Shown here in pieces: positions 1 to 10,400 of a stretch of 64,000 nt of DNA. Both the position numbers and the translations under genes were made by a program. Under the pieces are notes generated by a model. That model worked only from the letters and a program-made list of their open reading frames with translations, was not told where the DNA came from and did not search any database. The DNA is from an uncultured virus (IMG/VR IMGVR_UViG_3300027973_000051). Lineage: Duplodnaviria > Heunggongvirae > Uroviricota > Caudoviricetes. The DNA lies in IMG/VR virus record IMGVR_UViG_3300027973_000051, one strand, 5' to 3'. The first letter of the stretch is position 1; each line of letters starts with the position of its first letter.

Positions 1-107
1 AGCGATACAGCGACTGTCATTACAGCAGCACTTGCAGGTGTTGCTACCATTGTGCCCAAAGTCATGGCTGCAACCATGGCTAGTGCGATTTTCTTAAATG
101 AGTTCAT
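1..107 (-). CDS. Partial secreted/surface protein (3' end outside window)
   Basis: Not in ORF track. ATG at 107 after AAGGA; translates MNSFKKIALAMVAAMTLGTMVATPASA-AVMTVAVS, a Sec signal peptide with an ASA|A cleavage site. Confidence 0.75.
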   Translation of the reverse strand, partial: MNSFKKIALAMVAAMTLGTMVATPASAAVMTVAVS

Positions 108-127
108 TTAATTTATTCCTTTTCTTA

Positions 128-1906
128 TTATAGTAAGTTAAATCTATCCAAATAATCTTTTACATCATTTGGCATAGGTTTATATTCTATCACATTGGTG
201 AAGGGGTTGTCAACTTTGGGGCTGTCCCTAAATGTATGAATCTCCACTTCAGTGTTATTATCCTTTGGGGTATGTGATATTGCCCCAAAAATAGCACCAC
301 ACACAGCGTCAGCCAAGTCTTTTGATAACTTTCGTGGGTGGTCAACTCTATTATTTTTCATAATCTTTAACTCTGTTAGTTCTTCGAACAAAAGTTCTAT
401 TGAGGGCATCGCAAGTCTTTCCTCATATACAAGCATTGCCATATCTTCATAATGTTTTTTAGCAACAGAAACTGTTTCAGTTCTCATGCCAACCTGCTTT
501 AATTCATTTTGAATATCAAAGGACTGCCAACGGTCAAAGGAAACCATTCCAATATTGAAACCCATTCTTCTTAAGTTTTGAATCCATTGTTTTACATCCG
601 AAAGATTGACTGGCCCCTCGACTTTAGGTTCCCAATAGACAACTGCATCTACAACCACTATCGGTGCTACCTGCTCATAATTATTAATAACTTGAACATT
701 TACCCATTTGTCTACATGAGCAATTGCAACCGCACACTTGTCATGTTTTTGTGCAAGGTCAGCATGAACATAATAAACTTTATCTGGATCTGGTTTAAAT
801 GCTTCATCAAATCTTTTAAAATTATCTATTGGATTTCTTAATGTCATACACTTTCTAACTTTTTCTACTTGTTTAAAAAATGCATCTGTAGAGTGTGTTG
901 GTACACATGCAAATCTTTGCATTGCATCACCCAGGTCTGTAAAGAAAGAAATCTTAAAGTCTTCAATTTTTCTTGTTGGATTAACAACCCATGTTGGTCT
1001 CTTTAAAGCAAAAACTCCAGGATATTTATAAGAAATAATTGTGTCTTCTTGCCAAGATATTTCTAATGTATTTCCTGGTGCATCTGCAGGAAGATCTTCA
1101 TTCATAATAAAGGTGTGAGTCTTTTCAACAATTTCTTTTTCTGCAATTACATCATCATACTTTTGTGAAATAAAGTCTCCTGGATAACGTGGGAAAGATA
1201 GTAGGGCTACTTTACCAAGATCAGGAAAACGAGAATCAACGGATGCACGGAATGCTTTATATATATTATCTGCTGTTTTTCCTTGTTCATTTCCTGTTCC
1301 AACTTCTTGTGCAAAACCTGAAATTTCATCAAGTACTGCTAACAAAAGGTTTAAACCCTCATGTGACTCACGTTCTGAGTGACCAGAGTAAACAGTAATA
1401 GAGTGATCAAACTCAATACTTTCTGCTTTTGGATTATACTTTCCAGCAAACCATGGAGACCTTTCAATCTTAGTTTTAAATCCTTTAAAGAAAACATTTT
1501 TAGCCTGTTGAGCATTGATAGCAACGTTAATAATATCAATAGCATCTCCAGATGGTTTACCAAAATATTTTGCTGGATCATTTAAACATAACAGTTTATA
1601 AACTATATAGGCACATGCTACTGTAGATGTAAAATCTTTACCAGACCCCTTGCCAAGTTGGAGAATTACTTCATTCTTTGTATATTTTTTATAATACCTT
1701 GTACCCTCTTCTTCACCTAGCAAATCAATAAGATCTTCGAGTTTATATATTTGGCTCATTGCCTCAACAATATCGTATTGAACCTGTGAAAGTGGTGGCT
1801 GTCCTAAATAATCTTCACCCTCAACAAAGGTCTTTGCGTTCACTGGTATTTCAGCAAAGTTGTTATTTTTTAATACTTCAAGAAACTCATTGAACATCGT
1901 GGACAA
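128..1906 (-). CDS. terL: Terminase large subunit
   Basis: Walker A-like LGKGSGKD, Walker B VLDE, C-terminal RNase H-like nuclease motifs (HADLAQKHD, SFDRWQS, KDLADA). Confidence 0.9.
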   Translation of the reverse strand: MSTMFNEFLEVLKNNNFAEIPVNAKTFVEGEDYLGQPPLSQVQYDIVEAMSQIYKLEDLIDLLGEEEGTRYYKKYTKNEVILQLGKGSGKDFTSTVACAYIVYKLLCLNDPAKYFGKPSGDAIDIINVAINAQQAKNVFFKGFKTKIERSPWFAGKYNPKAESIEFDHSITVYSGHSERESHEGLNLLLAVLDEISGFAQEVGTGNEQGKTADNIYKAFRASVDSRFPDLGKVALLSFPRYPGDFISQKYDDVIAEKEIVEKTHTFIMNEDLPADAPGNTLEISWQEDTIISYKYPGVFALKRPTWVVNPTRKIEDFKISFFTDLGDAMQRFACVPTHSTDAFFKQVEKVRKCMTLRNPIDNFKRFDEAFKPDPDKVYYVHADLAQKHDKCAVAIAHVDKWVNVQVINNYEQVAPIVVVDAVVYWEPKVEGPVNLSDVKQWIQNLRRMGFNIGMVSFDRWQSFDIQNELKQVGMRTETVSVAKKHYEDMAMLVYEERLAMPSIELLFEELTELKIMKNNRVDHPRKLSKDLADAVCGAIFGAISHTPKDNNTEVEIHTFRDSPKVDNPFTNVIEYKPMPNDVKDYLDRFNLL

Positions 1907-2423
1907 CTGTGATTACCTCATTATCTCTTGATATTGCTGATAGTCTACGCATAATTTCATCACGCACTTGTGGATATTCTGCTGCTATATCTCTAAGAAC
2001 ATTTATCAATATCTCTTGACGCTTCTCAATCTCAACCATCTCATCTGCAAGTTCTTTATTTTCTAGTAGTCCAGCCTTTTGCAACATATCTATTCTTTTG
2101 GATTCAATATCCATTACAAGTTTTATAGCAGCAGTCTTTGCACTAAGATTATTAGTCATTGATGCCTCGTCAATAACCTCATACGACTTTGAAATTAATT
2201 TGCTGTAGTGTGCATCTGCTCCAGATAAGGCTTCTTTAGCACGTGCACGAATTGCTGCATTGTTAGATGCACTCACCTTCCACTCATCTATATATGAAAC
2301 AACCCTTTGTCTTGGAATTGCAAGGTCTTTTGAAATTTGTGTGGGGTCATTGCCCTTTAAGTATTCTTCAACAACTTGGTTGACTTGATCTTGATGTTTG
2401 ACTAGATCATCTTCAATTGACAT
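1887..2423 (-). CDS. Probable terminase small subunit / HTH protein
   Basis: N-terminal HTH-like segment (DPTQISKDLAIPRQRV), helical remainder, overlaps the terL start. Confidence 0.55.
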   Translation of the reverse strand: MSIEDDLVKHQDQVNQVVEEYLKGNDPTQISKDLAIPRQRVVSYIDEWKVSASNNAAIRARAKEALSGADAHYSKLISKSYEVIDEASMTNNLSAKTAAIKLVMDIESKRIDMLQKAGLLENKELADEMVEIEKRQEILINVLRDIAAEYPQVRDEIMRRLSAISRDNEVITVVHDVQ

Positions 2424-2655
2424 ATTTTCCCTCTAGTCTATTGATTTCATCCTTGATATAAAAAATTGCTTTCTCAAGATCTTGTATTGTTTTTGCTTCA
2501 TCTTTAAGTCCTGCTCTCCACAAATATTTGAATGCATTACCAATATTAAAATTACGGTGGCGAGTAATTTCTAAGCATTCAACCCCAGAAGGATCTGTAG
2601 TGTAGTGTGACGGATGATTAACTTGATCTACCGTAATATTTAAGTTATCACTCAT
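2413..2655 (-). CDS. DUF3310-like phage protein
   Basis: VNHPSHY...GNAFKYLWRAGLK...QDLEKAIFY signature. Confidence 0.85.
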   Translation of the reverse strand: MSDNLNITVDQVNHPSHYTTDPSGVECLEITRHRNFNIGNAFKYLWRAGLKDEAKTIQDLEKAIFYIKDEINRLEGKYVN

Positions 2656-2810
2656 GCTTCTCCTCCAAGATCATGTCCCCACATTGATTCTTCATCATCA
2701 TCTTCCCAATCAAATGCTTCTGGAATTCCTTTTAACGCAGCAAATGCAAAAACAAAGCCAACAGTGCCTGCAACTGCAAGTGCTACCAATGCCTTTTCAA
2801 ATTTATTCAT
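2652..2810 (-). CDS. Small membrane protein
   Basis: Start re-called at 2810 (ATGA overlap with upstream gene); one hydrophobic helix followed by an acidic tail. Confidence 0.6.
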   Translation of the reverse strand: MNKFEKALVALAVAGTVGFVFAFAALKGIPEAFDWEDDDEESMWGHDLGGEA

Positions 2811-2962
2811 CGTCTTGACTTCCTTAATCCAAATTTGGCAAGGTAGACGTATATGGTCTCTAGACTCACTCCGCACTCCTTAGCAATTTCTTCTGGAGTC
2901 TTCTTATCCATAAGATATCTCTTACGCATAAAAGTCTCACTTGTATATAGTTTAGCAGCCAT
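2807..2962 (-). CDS. Small HTH DNA-binding protein (51 aa)
   Basis: Not in ORF track: MAAKLYTSETFMRKRYLMDKKTPEEIAKECGVSLETIYVYLAKFGLRKSRR; HTH pattern, fills the gap, ATGA coupling. Confidence 0.75.
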   Translation of the reverse strand: MAAKLYTSETFMRKRYLMDKKTPEEIAKECGVSLETIYVYLAKFGLRKSRR

Positions 2963-2966
2963 AGTA

Positions 2967-3563
2967 TTATTTGTCAACTCCTATTGCTTTTCCCCAGTTT
3001 TTTAATGCCCAATGGCCAATTCCACAGGCGTCTGCTACATCGTTATCACTAATAGTTCTATCATATATAGTATTGATATATTTTATAGTTCTTTGTTTTC
3101 TAAGTTCTCTCTCATAAGATTTGTACCAGGAAACTGATTTTCCAGGATACTGGTACCTTATGACTACTTGCTCATCTTTTGATATTTTTTTATTTCCAAT
3201 ATAGTTTTGCCAAGTTATTGGTGAAACTTTTCCAATTACCTTAGTTCCAGTTTGTCCCGCTGATCCAAGAATAGCCCCTTGTACTAATGCAAGATCTGCA
3301 GCAGTCTTAGGGCTATTCATGAACACAGTATGCTCAATTACTATTGCTTCAAACCCACCATAGTAATCAAAGAATGCCTTAACCTTGTTTCCAGCATCCA
3401 TAACTTTTTCATAGGTGTTGTTGCCTTTAAAGTTAATCTTTCCAACTGCTCCCAACGATTGTTGTTGGGTGTTAAATAAAGCAAAAGCAAGACTATTAGT
3501 GCTTGCATCAATAGAGCATATAGTTGTTGGTGGAAGTTCTAGACCCCACTTATTCTTTACCAT
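2967..3563 (-). CDS. RuvC-like Holliday junction resolvase
   Basis: CSIDASTNSLAFA, IVIEH, SPITWQ, NDVADACGIG acidic motifs of the RuvC/RNase H fold. Confidence 0.75.
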   Translation of the reverse strand: MVKNKWGLELPPTTICSIDASTNSLAFALFNTQQQSLGAVGKINFKGNNTYEKVMDAGNKVKAFFDYYGGFEAIVIEHTVFMNSPKTAADLALVQGAILGSAGQTGTKVIGKVSPITWQNYIGNKKISKDEQVVIRYQYPGKSVSWYKSYERELRKQRTIKYINTIYDRTISDNDVADACGIGHWALKNWGKAIGVDK

Positions 3564-3834
3564 TTGCAAGCCCCTTAATATTCTTTAAAACTTTTGCAAC
3601 ATCTTTTGGATTAACTGAACAGTTTGTACACAAGGGTTCATCATTATAGATGGACAAATCTTTATCACAAGATTTGCACTTTCTAGTTTTGCCTTTTCGT
3701 TTTTGCCTTCTAGTTATAATATATCTTGCAGCAATTTTTTCTTTTGTTGCTGAGTCCCTGCACTCTGCAGAACAATATATTTGATAACTTACTTCTGTCT
3801 TAAAGGAGTTATCACACCATTGACAATTTTTCAT
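3550..3834 (-). CDS. Zinc-finger protein
   Basis: CxxC...CxxxC and CxxC...CxxC motifs. Confidence 0.6.
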   Translation of the reverse strand: MKNCQWCDNSFKTEVSYQIYCSAECRDSATKEKIAARYIITRRQKRKGKTRKCKSCDKDLSIYNDEPLCTNCSVNPKDVAKVLKNIKGLANGKE

Positions 3835-4609
3835 CGATTGGCTCCAGAGGTTTTATTTTTATAGTTCCCTCTCCAGCAATGTCACAAGCCTTTTTTACAG
3901 GACATGTTTTACATATTTTAGAGTTAGATCTATAATTTTTACTTGGCAAAGTTCTATCGACCCATGCCTTGCGTGTCTCTTTCATCCAATCAAATGCTTG
4001 GTCTACCCACCTAACATAATAATCATTTACTTCAACAGGAAGAATTAGCAACTCATGATTATTTTTATTTTCATAAATAAACACAGCCTTCTTCTTCTTG
4101 AGAATCTTCATATAGATAAGCAACTGTATAAGGTGACCAGTCTTTGGTCTTCCCGCTGCTTTGCGATATTCAAAAGCCTCGCTCATCATTGTTTTAATTT
4201 CACCAAGCAGTGGCTCGCCTTGCCAGTCAAGCATTACATCCCCATAACCAAAAATTGGAGGATCAACGTAAGTGACCTTAAACTCTTCTTCAATTAAAAT
4301 TCCAGCATCTTTCATAGCCTTTTGCAAACGCCCATGTGAAAGTGTTCCAGCAGTCATGTTAGCAACACCATAAGCGTCTGAGTTGTCTTCAAAGTCCGCT
4401 CCGTCAAAAGCAATGTACCAGTATCTTGCACATTCTCCATGAGAGTATGCTAATGTTGATGGTGCAAAGGTTTTCTTTGTTGTAAATTTTGTTCCTCTTG
4501 GTGCAGTATAGCCATGCTGAATTGCTTTAATCAGTCCTTCTGGATCGACTGGATGAGGCTCTTTTGGTGCTGACCTGATCATAACCTGCTGTAATAAACT
4601 TTTAGACAT
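3812..4609 (-). CDS. Cas4-like PD-(D/E)XK exonuclease
   Basis: N-terminal Cys (ECARYWY), GD...EIK, QLLIY, C-terminal CKTCPVKKAC cluster. Confidence 0.8.
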   Translation of the reverse strand: MSKSLLQQVMIRSAPKEPHPVDPEGLIKAIQHGYTAPRGTKFTTKKTFAPSTLAYSHGECARYWYIAFDGADFEDNSDAYGVANMTAGTLSHGRLQKAMKDAGILIEEEFKVTYVDPPIFGYGDVMLDWQGEPLLGEIKTMMSEAFEYRKAAGRPKTGHLIQLLIYMKILKKKKAVFIYENKNNHELLILPVEVNDYYVRWVDQAFDWMKETRKAWVDRTLPSKNYRSNSKICKTCPVKKACDIAGEGTIKIKPLEPIDEKLSMV

Positions 4610-4637
4610 TATCTTTTCTCTTTTCTTGTAAGTTATA

Positions 4638-4646
4638 AGTATAGCA
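4638..4646 (-). promoter_or_regulatory. Extended -10 promoter TGCTATACT
   Basis: Intergenic, upstream of the Cas4-like gene. Confidence 0.55.
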
Positions 4647-4648
4647 GA

Positions 4649-4954
4649 TTAACGGATTATATATTTGAGTGCTGCAACTAAATTGTTAATTGACTCTGCT
4701 GCAGTATAGTAAATGTTTTTCTTTCCCCTATTAGATTTATCAACGTTTGCCATCCAAGTTGCTTTAAAAGACATCTTTGCAGCAATGGCCTGTAATCTAA
4801 CTATTTCAGTTGAAACAACGTTAAATGGGATATCTGGTTTTAATATTGCTTTTGTGATAAACACTAATGCGGTTGTCAGATCTTCATCATCCATAAACTC
4901 TGATATTTCGGACAACCCATTAAGCATATCTACGGTTGAATTATTTTCTTCCAA
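4649..4954 (-). CDS. Hypothetical protein
   Basis: 101 aa ORF co-oriented with neighbours, TTG start. Confidence 0.55.
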   Translation of the reverse strand: MEENNSTVDMLNGLSEISEFMDDEDLTTALVFITKAILKPDIPFNVVSTEIVRLQAIAAKMSFKATWMANVDKSNRGKKNIYYTAAESINNLVAALKYIIR

Positions 4955-4962
4955 TGTAGTTT

Positions 4963-5643
4963 CTACTCTCTGTTTTGTTTTAGTTTTTCGTCTTTATCTT
5001 GATACTCTGTTTGATACTTTTTAAATTTTGGATTTGCGTTCCAACTATCTAATCTGGCCTGTCTTGCATCATCTTCTCTTGCTGGGCCATTTAGAGTCTC
5101 ATGATCTTCTTTTGTTGAGAAGTGCATTGTAAGAACCTCTGTATTGTCACCTTCATTAAAAAGAATTGGTTCTCTCCAGTGAATAGTTCCTGCTCCCCAA
5201 AATACAAGTAGGTCTCCATATTCCAAATTAAATGAATCCTCTTCAATAACAATTGGCCAATCAATATTTTTATCTAGTTGATAGTCAAGTGTTAACTTTG
5301 AGTAATAATTATCTGAATCAAAATGTGGTGGCAACTTAGGGTTTGCTCCTGGGGAGTGTTCCTGATTATAACTCAGGTAACTATTGTGGTACATAAAAAC
5401 TTGTTCTCCAACCATTTCTGAGGCAAACTTTTCAAGTTTTTCCTGAATATGTACTGGGTACATAACTTCGATTTGCATTCGTGCCATTTGTGGTAAGACA
5501 AAAGGCTCATAGAACTCGCTTAGATCTTTAGCATTTTTTTGATACTTTACTATAGCAAGTATGACTTCTAGTTCTTCTTCTGTAAAGAAGTTCTTTATGA
5601 TATGTGGTGTTACTGCGTTCTTTGGTGCGTATCCTGTATCCAT
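4963..5643 (-). CDS. 2OG-Fe(II) oxygenase-like protein
   Basis: PPHFDSD (HxD) and IHWRE (distal His/Arg); start re-called to MDTGY, 6 nt after TATAAT. Confidence 0.65.
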   Translation of the reverse strand: MDTGYAPKNAVTPHIIKNFFTEEELEVILAIVKYQKNAKDLSEFYEPFVLPQMARMQIEVMYPVHIQEKLEKFASEMVGEQVFMYHNSYLSYNQEHSPGANPKLPPHFDSDNYYSKLTLDYQLDKNIDWPIVIEEDSFNLEYGDLLVFWGAGTIHWREPILFNEGDNTEVLTMHFSTKEDHETLNGPAREDDARQARLDSWNANPKFKKYQTEYQDKDEKLKQNRE

Positions 5644-5650
5644 AATACTA

Positions 5651-5938
5651 TTATACCTCATCCTCTAAAAGTTGTTCTAGAATTGCTACCTCTATTACTG
5701 CCAACCTTACCTTTGAATTTCCTTCGCCCAAAACAATAAAAATAGCAGGATCGTTTTTATTTTTCATTGCATCTGTAACTGCTTTTGCCCAAATATCCTT
5801 ATTGATAGTTATACCTTTTGGATACTCTTTAAAATCAACTGTGAAGTTATTCCAAGTGGCATCGCCTTTATGTGTATTCCTACCAGAATTTTTATGCTGC
5901 TTAGCCCCTATCCTTTTGCTCTCGCTTCTCTCGCTCAT
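5651..5938 (-). CDS. Small PD-(D/E)XK nuclease (Hjc-like resolvase)
   Basis: SG...KGD...VDFKE pattern. Confidence 0.5.
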   Translation of the reverse strand: MSERSESKRIGAKQHKNSGRNTHKGDATWNNFTVDFKEYPKGITINKDIWAKAVTDAMKNKNDPAIFIVLGEGNSKVRLAVIEVAILEQLLEDEV

Positions 5939-6095
5939 AGTCTTTTTTCTCCTTAATGAGTTTAACCTTGCTCAAGTGTTTTTCTGGGCACATCCATGAT
6001 ATTTCTTTTGTATCTGGATATAGTCTCATTGTCTTTACATCTACCCCGCATGATTGGCAGAGCATGTTTCCATGATAAATGCTATATCTAGCCAT
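5901..6095 (-). CDS. Zinc-ribbon protein
   Basis: CQSC...CPEKH. Confidence 0.5.
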   Translation of the reverse strand: MARYSIYHGNMLCQSCGVDVKTMRLYPDTKEISWMCPEKHLSKVKLIKEKKDYEREKREQKDRG

Positions 6096-7101
6096 TAACC
6101 TTAGCCTTAATTAAATCCTGTAAGTCTAAATCTTCTCTAACACGATTAACAAAAGCATCTCGTCCTTGTACCTTAGATCCATCTGGAAGCACGTACCAAG
6201 CACCTGTGCGCTCTACAATGCCCATCATTTCTGCTGTATCAACCAAATCACCAATGGAATCAATACCAACATTGTCACCTCTAAAATAAAAATCATACTC
6301 ACCACTCTGGAACCCTGGAGAAGTTTTAGAGAACTGTAGTTCCCATCTAACTTTTCGACCAATCTTTTCTTCAATGAGTTTGTCACCAATTGCGATTTTT
6401 CCTTTAATAGCCTGATTGTCAGATTCAGATGAAAATAATTTAATAACACTTGATGAATAAAACTTAGTAGCCTGACCACCAGTAGGCTGCTGGCTAGTAT
6501 ACATAGCGCTAATATTATTACGAGACTGACTAATAAGCACAAGCATAGTAGGCTTAACTTTATTATTAGCATAGTTAAGCATTTTCCATGCATTGCTAAA
6601 GTCTCTAGACTCCGCACCAATTTGCTTTGTGTTTTCAAGTTGCTTGAGTTCATCAGTATCCTTTTCAAAATAAATTGCTGGGAGCAACGATGTGATAGAG
6701 TCAACAACAATCATATCTACCCCTGCCTCAATTAATTGTACACCAACATCAACCATCTCATTAATGGTTCTTGCTTGTGAAACAATAAGTTTAGATGTAT
6801 CTACTCCAAGGCTTGCTGCCCACTTAGTATCATATGACATTTCTGCATCAATCCAGGCGCAGACCTTTCCTTCTTGTTGGGCAAGACCAATCATTTGCAA
6901 ACATAAAGAAGATTTAGCAGAAGACTTACTTCCCCAAATTAAAACTTGTCGACCATATGGAAGGCCACCATTTAATGCACGATTAAGCCCATAACTTGGT
7001 GTTGCTGCATATTGTGTTGGTGGAACTACATCACCAATCATTACGCTCTTGCGTAACTTTGGATTTAGTGATGCTAAAACCTCTTCTACTGTTACTGTCA
7101 T
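6088..7101 (-). CDS. recA: RecA-like recombinase
   Basis: GGLPYGR, P-loop GSKSSAKS, WIDAE, VVDS, TGGQATKFYSS, GAWY. Confidence 0.9.
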   Translation of the reverse strand: MTVTVEEVLASLNPKLRKSVMIGDVVPPTQYAATPSYGLNRALNGGLPYGRQVLIWGSKSSAKSSLCLQMIGLAQQEGKVCAWIDAEMSYDTKWAASLGVDTSKLIVSQARTINEMVDVGVQLIEAGVDMIVVDSITSLLPAIYFEKDTDELKQLENTKQIGAESRDFSNAWKMLNYANNKVKPTMLVLISQSRNNISAMYTSQQPTGGQATKFYSSSVIKLFSSESDNQAIKGKIAIGDKLIEEKIGRKVRWELQFSKTSPGFQSGEYDFYFRGDNVGIDSIGDLVDTAEMMGIVERTGAWYVLPDGSKVQGRDAFVNRVREDLDLQDLIKAKVNG

Positions 7102-7418
7102 CAGAACTTTACTCCATGCTTCTCTGGTCTAGTTTTATTAAATTGTGTTTTTTCTTTTAACGCATAATCAAGCGATAATTTAGTATACCCTGCTTCAACA
7201 AGTCCTGCATATAGATCAAGGGTACGAATTAAAATGTCTGCTACTTCTTTTGTTATTTCTTCTTCCCCTTTATCTTTTCTAATTGCTTCCATTGTTTCTG
7301 TAACTTCTGAAACAACCATCATACACTGTTTAGCAATAAATATATCATCTATTTCTTCAGGCCAAAAACCTTTTTCTTTTGCTATTTCATGTAATTGTAT
7401 TGCTAAATCATCAAGCAT
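7101..7418 (-). CDS. MazG-like nucleotide pyrophosphohydrolase
   Basis: SEVTE...EVADILIR...EK..FN..RP motifs. Confidence 0.8.
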   Translation of the reverse strand: MLDDLAIQLHEIAKEKGFWPEEIDDIFIAKQCMMVVSEVTETMEAIRKDKGEEEITKEVADILIRTLDLYAGLVEAGYTKLSLDYALKEKTQFNKTRPEKHGVKF

Positions 7419-10400
7419 TTATATCCTCCAATATTACTGTTCCATCTTTAGTCTTACCCAAACTAAACTTATAAATGTTTCCTTCTTCAATCTTCATATA
7501 TGCTTTTGCAAATGCAGTTGGGAAAACTGTAATTGAATGAAGTTCTCTGCTTGAATCTGCAACTGTAAGGGATGCCATTTTTTTACCAGTCTTTGTAACT
7601 CTTGGCTTAAAAGAAACAACAAACATGTCATCATCCTTATATGGAAGCATCTTATAGTTTAAAAATTTAACCAAGGCACTGCTGGATCCCTTTATTTGTT
7701 CAACAGGAATAGCACTAAGTATCCTGTTATCATTAGCCAAAATGAGATACGATATGCCAGCCTCAATAGTTGTTTGTTCGTCATCAAATATTCCTACACT
7801 TCCTGTTTTATCTAGTAACTCTACCCTTGACCATCCCTTTGCTCTTTTAATACTCTTGACCATTCCCATCATAACAAAAGAACCTTTTTCTTCATAGTCT
7901 TCAATAGAACTAATGAATGCGTGGTAATGTGATGGAACTGTGATATTAAACTCAGGTAAATTCAAATACTCGTAGAGATTTTCTTTGATTTCTTGTTCAT
8001 CTCTTGGGTTGTCAGTGAAAGTTGCTGCACCAATAACTCGTAATGCTTGTAAAGCACGAGAATTGACTCCATTTCCTTTTGTAAAAGTAAACTCTTCAAG
8101 TTCTTTATATGATCCAAAAGGCCTTGCAACCATATATCTTTCAGCAATTTTGTCTGAAATATACTTAATACCCGATAAGCCAAAGCGAATGCCCTTGCCT
8201 TCAATTTTAAAGTCAATATCAGAATCATTAATGTGAGGTAACTTGATACTAATGCCCATTCTTTTTGCCTCAATAAGATATTCAGTTCGTGCATCTTTAT
8301 CCTTTTCATTCTTCAATAGTGAATACATAAACTCTAATGGGTAGTGATACTTTAACCACGCCGTCCAATATGAAAGAGTTGAGTAAGCAACTGCGTGACT
8401 TTTATTAAATGAGTACCCAGCATGTGCTTCAAAGTCTTGCCATAAATCTTTAGCATCGTTAGGCGAAATATAAGCAGATGCACCAGATACAAACTTATCC
8501 TTGAAAATGTCAAACTCTTTAGCATCTTTTTTCTTTCCAATGATCTTTCTAACTTTATCTGCTTCCGACATGGACATACCGCCAAGTTGTACGCATGCTT
8601 GCATAACTTGTTCTTGGTAAAGAATACAACCATAAGTTTCCTCCGTAAATGATTTAATAACTTGGTGCTTATAACTTGGATTTTGTCTACCATGTTTAAT
8701 AGCAATATAATCTTTTCCAATTGTATTCATTGCACCTGGGCGAACCAAAGCATTTGATGCAGCAAGTTCTGATAGATTCTTAACACCCATCTTTACAAGC
8801 AGATTAGTGTATGGTGCTGCTTCACACTGAAATACACCCTTAGTATATCCATCAGAAAGCATTTGATACACATTTGCATCATCCATTGGAATTGTTAATG
8901 GATCAATGGTTTTACCATCTCGTTCTTTAATAATTTCAAGGGCATCTTTAAGTACACTTAAAGTTTTTAGTCCAAGTGCATCGATCTTGATTAGACCAAT
9001 TTTTTCAGCCTCTTCCATGTCAACTGCAACAACAGGAATGCGCTCATCGCTACCAGTAGAAGAGCGTGTCTCCATTGGTGCGTACCTAAAAATAGGATCT
9101 TTGCTAGTGACAACACCAGCAGCATGAATGCCAGTACCTCTAATACGACCACGTAGTTGCTCGCCATAAATCTCTACCTCTGGATATTTCTCACGAAACT
9201 CTCGTGTTGTTTTTGAACTACAATATTCATCCCAAGTATCAACCATCTTTAAGACTTTATTTACATCAGTCAAGGGAATATTTAATACTCTTGCTACATC
9301 TCGAACAACACCCTTATCTTTAAATGATAAGAATGTAGCAATAGAGGCAACATGTCGATACTGTCTAACAAGATAATCCTTTACTTCTTCACGACGTGTA
9401 TCCTGAATATCTGTATCAATATCTGGAAAGTCATTACGGTCTGGGTTAATAAAACGAAAGAAAAGTAGTCCATGTTGAATTGGGTCAATGTCAGTAATTC
9501 TTAAAACATAACAAAGTAAAGATCCTGCAGCAGATCCACGACCTGGACCTACCATGATTCCTTCTTTTTTAGCCCAAGTAATCATATTGCGTACCACAAG
9601 AAAATAAGGACCAAACTTTTTATCTTTAATTACCTTTAACTCTTCATCAAGTCTATCAAGGTATTCCTGGTTCCCCTCAAATCCTCTTTCCTTTAATCCT
9701 TCTAAAGCAAGTTCTTTGAGTTCTTTATCTGGGTTCTTGTATTGTACTGGCAGTAAATCTAGTCCTTCTTGTATTCCATAGTCCCCAACTTTTTCTGCAA
9801 TTGCTAATGTATTAGAATATATATCTGGTCTGTCAATCCCCTGAGACTCCATCGCTGCCTTCATCTCTTCATAAGAAAGTAGGTGAATGTCAAACTCATT
9901 AAATGTAATTTGGCGATCATGTCCATACAGATAATCTAAACGATCCATCATATTGGTGTGCTTTTTAGACTTTTCAAATGTATGCTCTTTGTCAATCTTG
10001 ACATGTGTATTAAGTAGTAGTTTAAATTCTTGAATCTCTTTTTGATCTGTTGAACTATGATGGCAGTCAGGTGTAACTACAACCTGAACACCAAACTCAT
10101 CAGCCAACTGAATCAACTGCTTATTAATTTCTGCCTCATTATGTGGCATAACCTCAATATAGTAGTCGTCACTAAAGACTCGCTTAAACCATTCAATGTG
10201 TTTCTTTGCGATTGCAAACTCATTATTCTCAAGTGCCTTTACAAGAACACTACTTGGGCAAGCAGATGTGACAATAATACCTTCTGCATATTTCTCAAGA
10301 ACCTCAAAGTCAAATCGTGGCTTCTTAAAGAATCCCTCTGTCCAAGCAATCTCATTAATCTTATTTAAATTTTCTAAACCAATTTGATTCTTGGCGAGAA

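Noticed and set aside
3812..4609. CRISPR-Cas system
   Set aside because: Solo Cas4-like nuclease typical of phage recombination modules; no repeat-spacer array or other cas genes seen.
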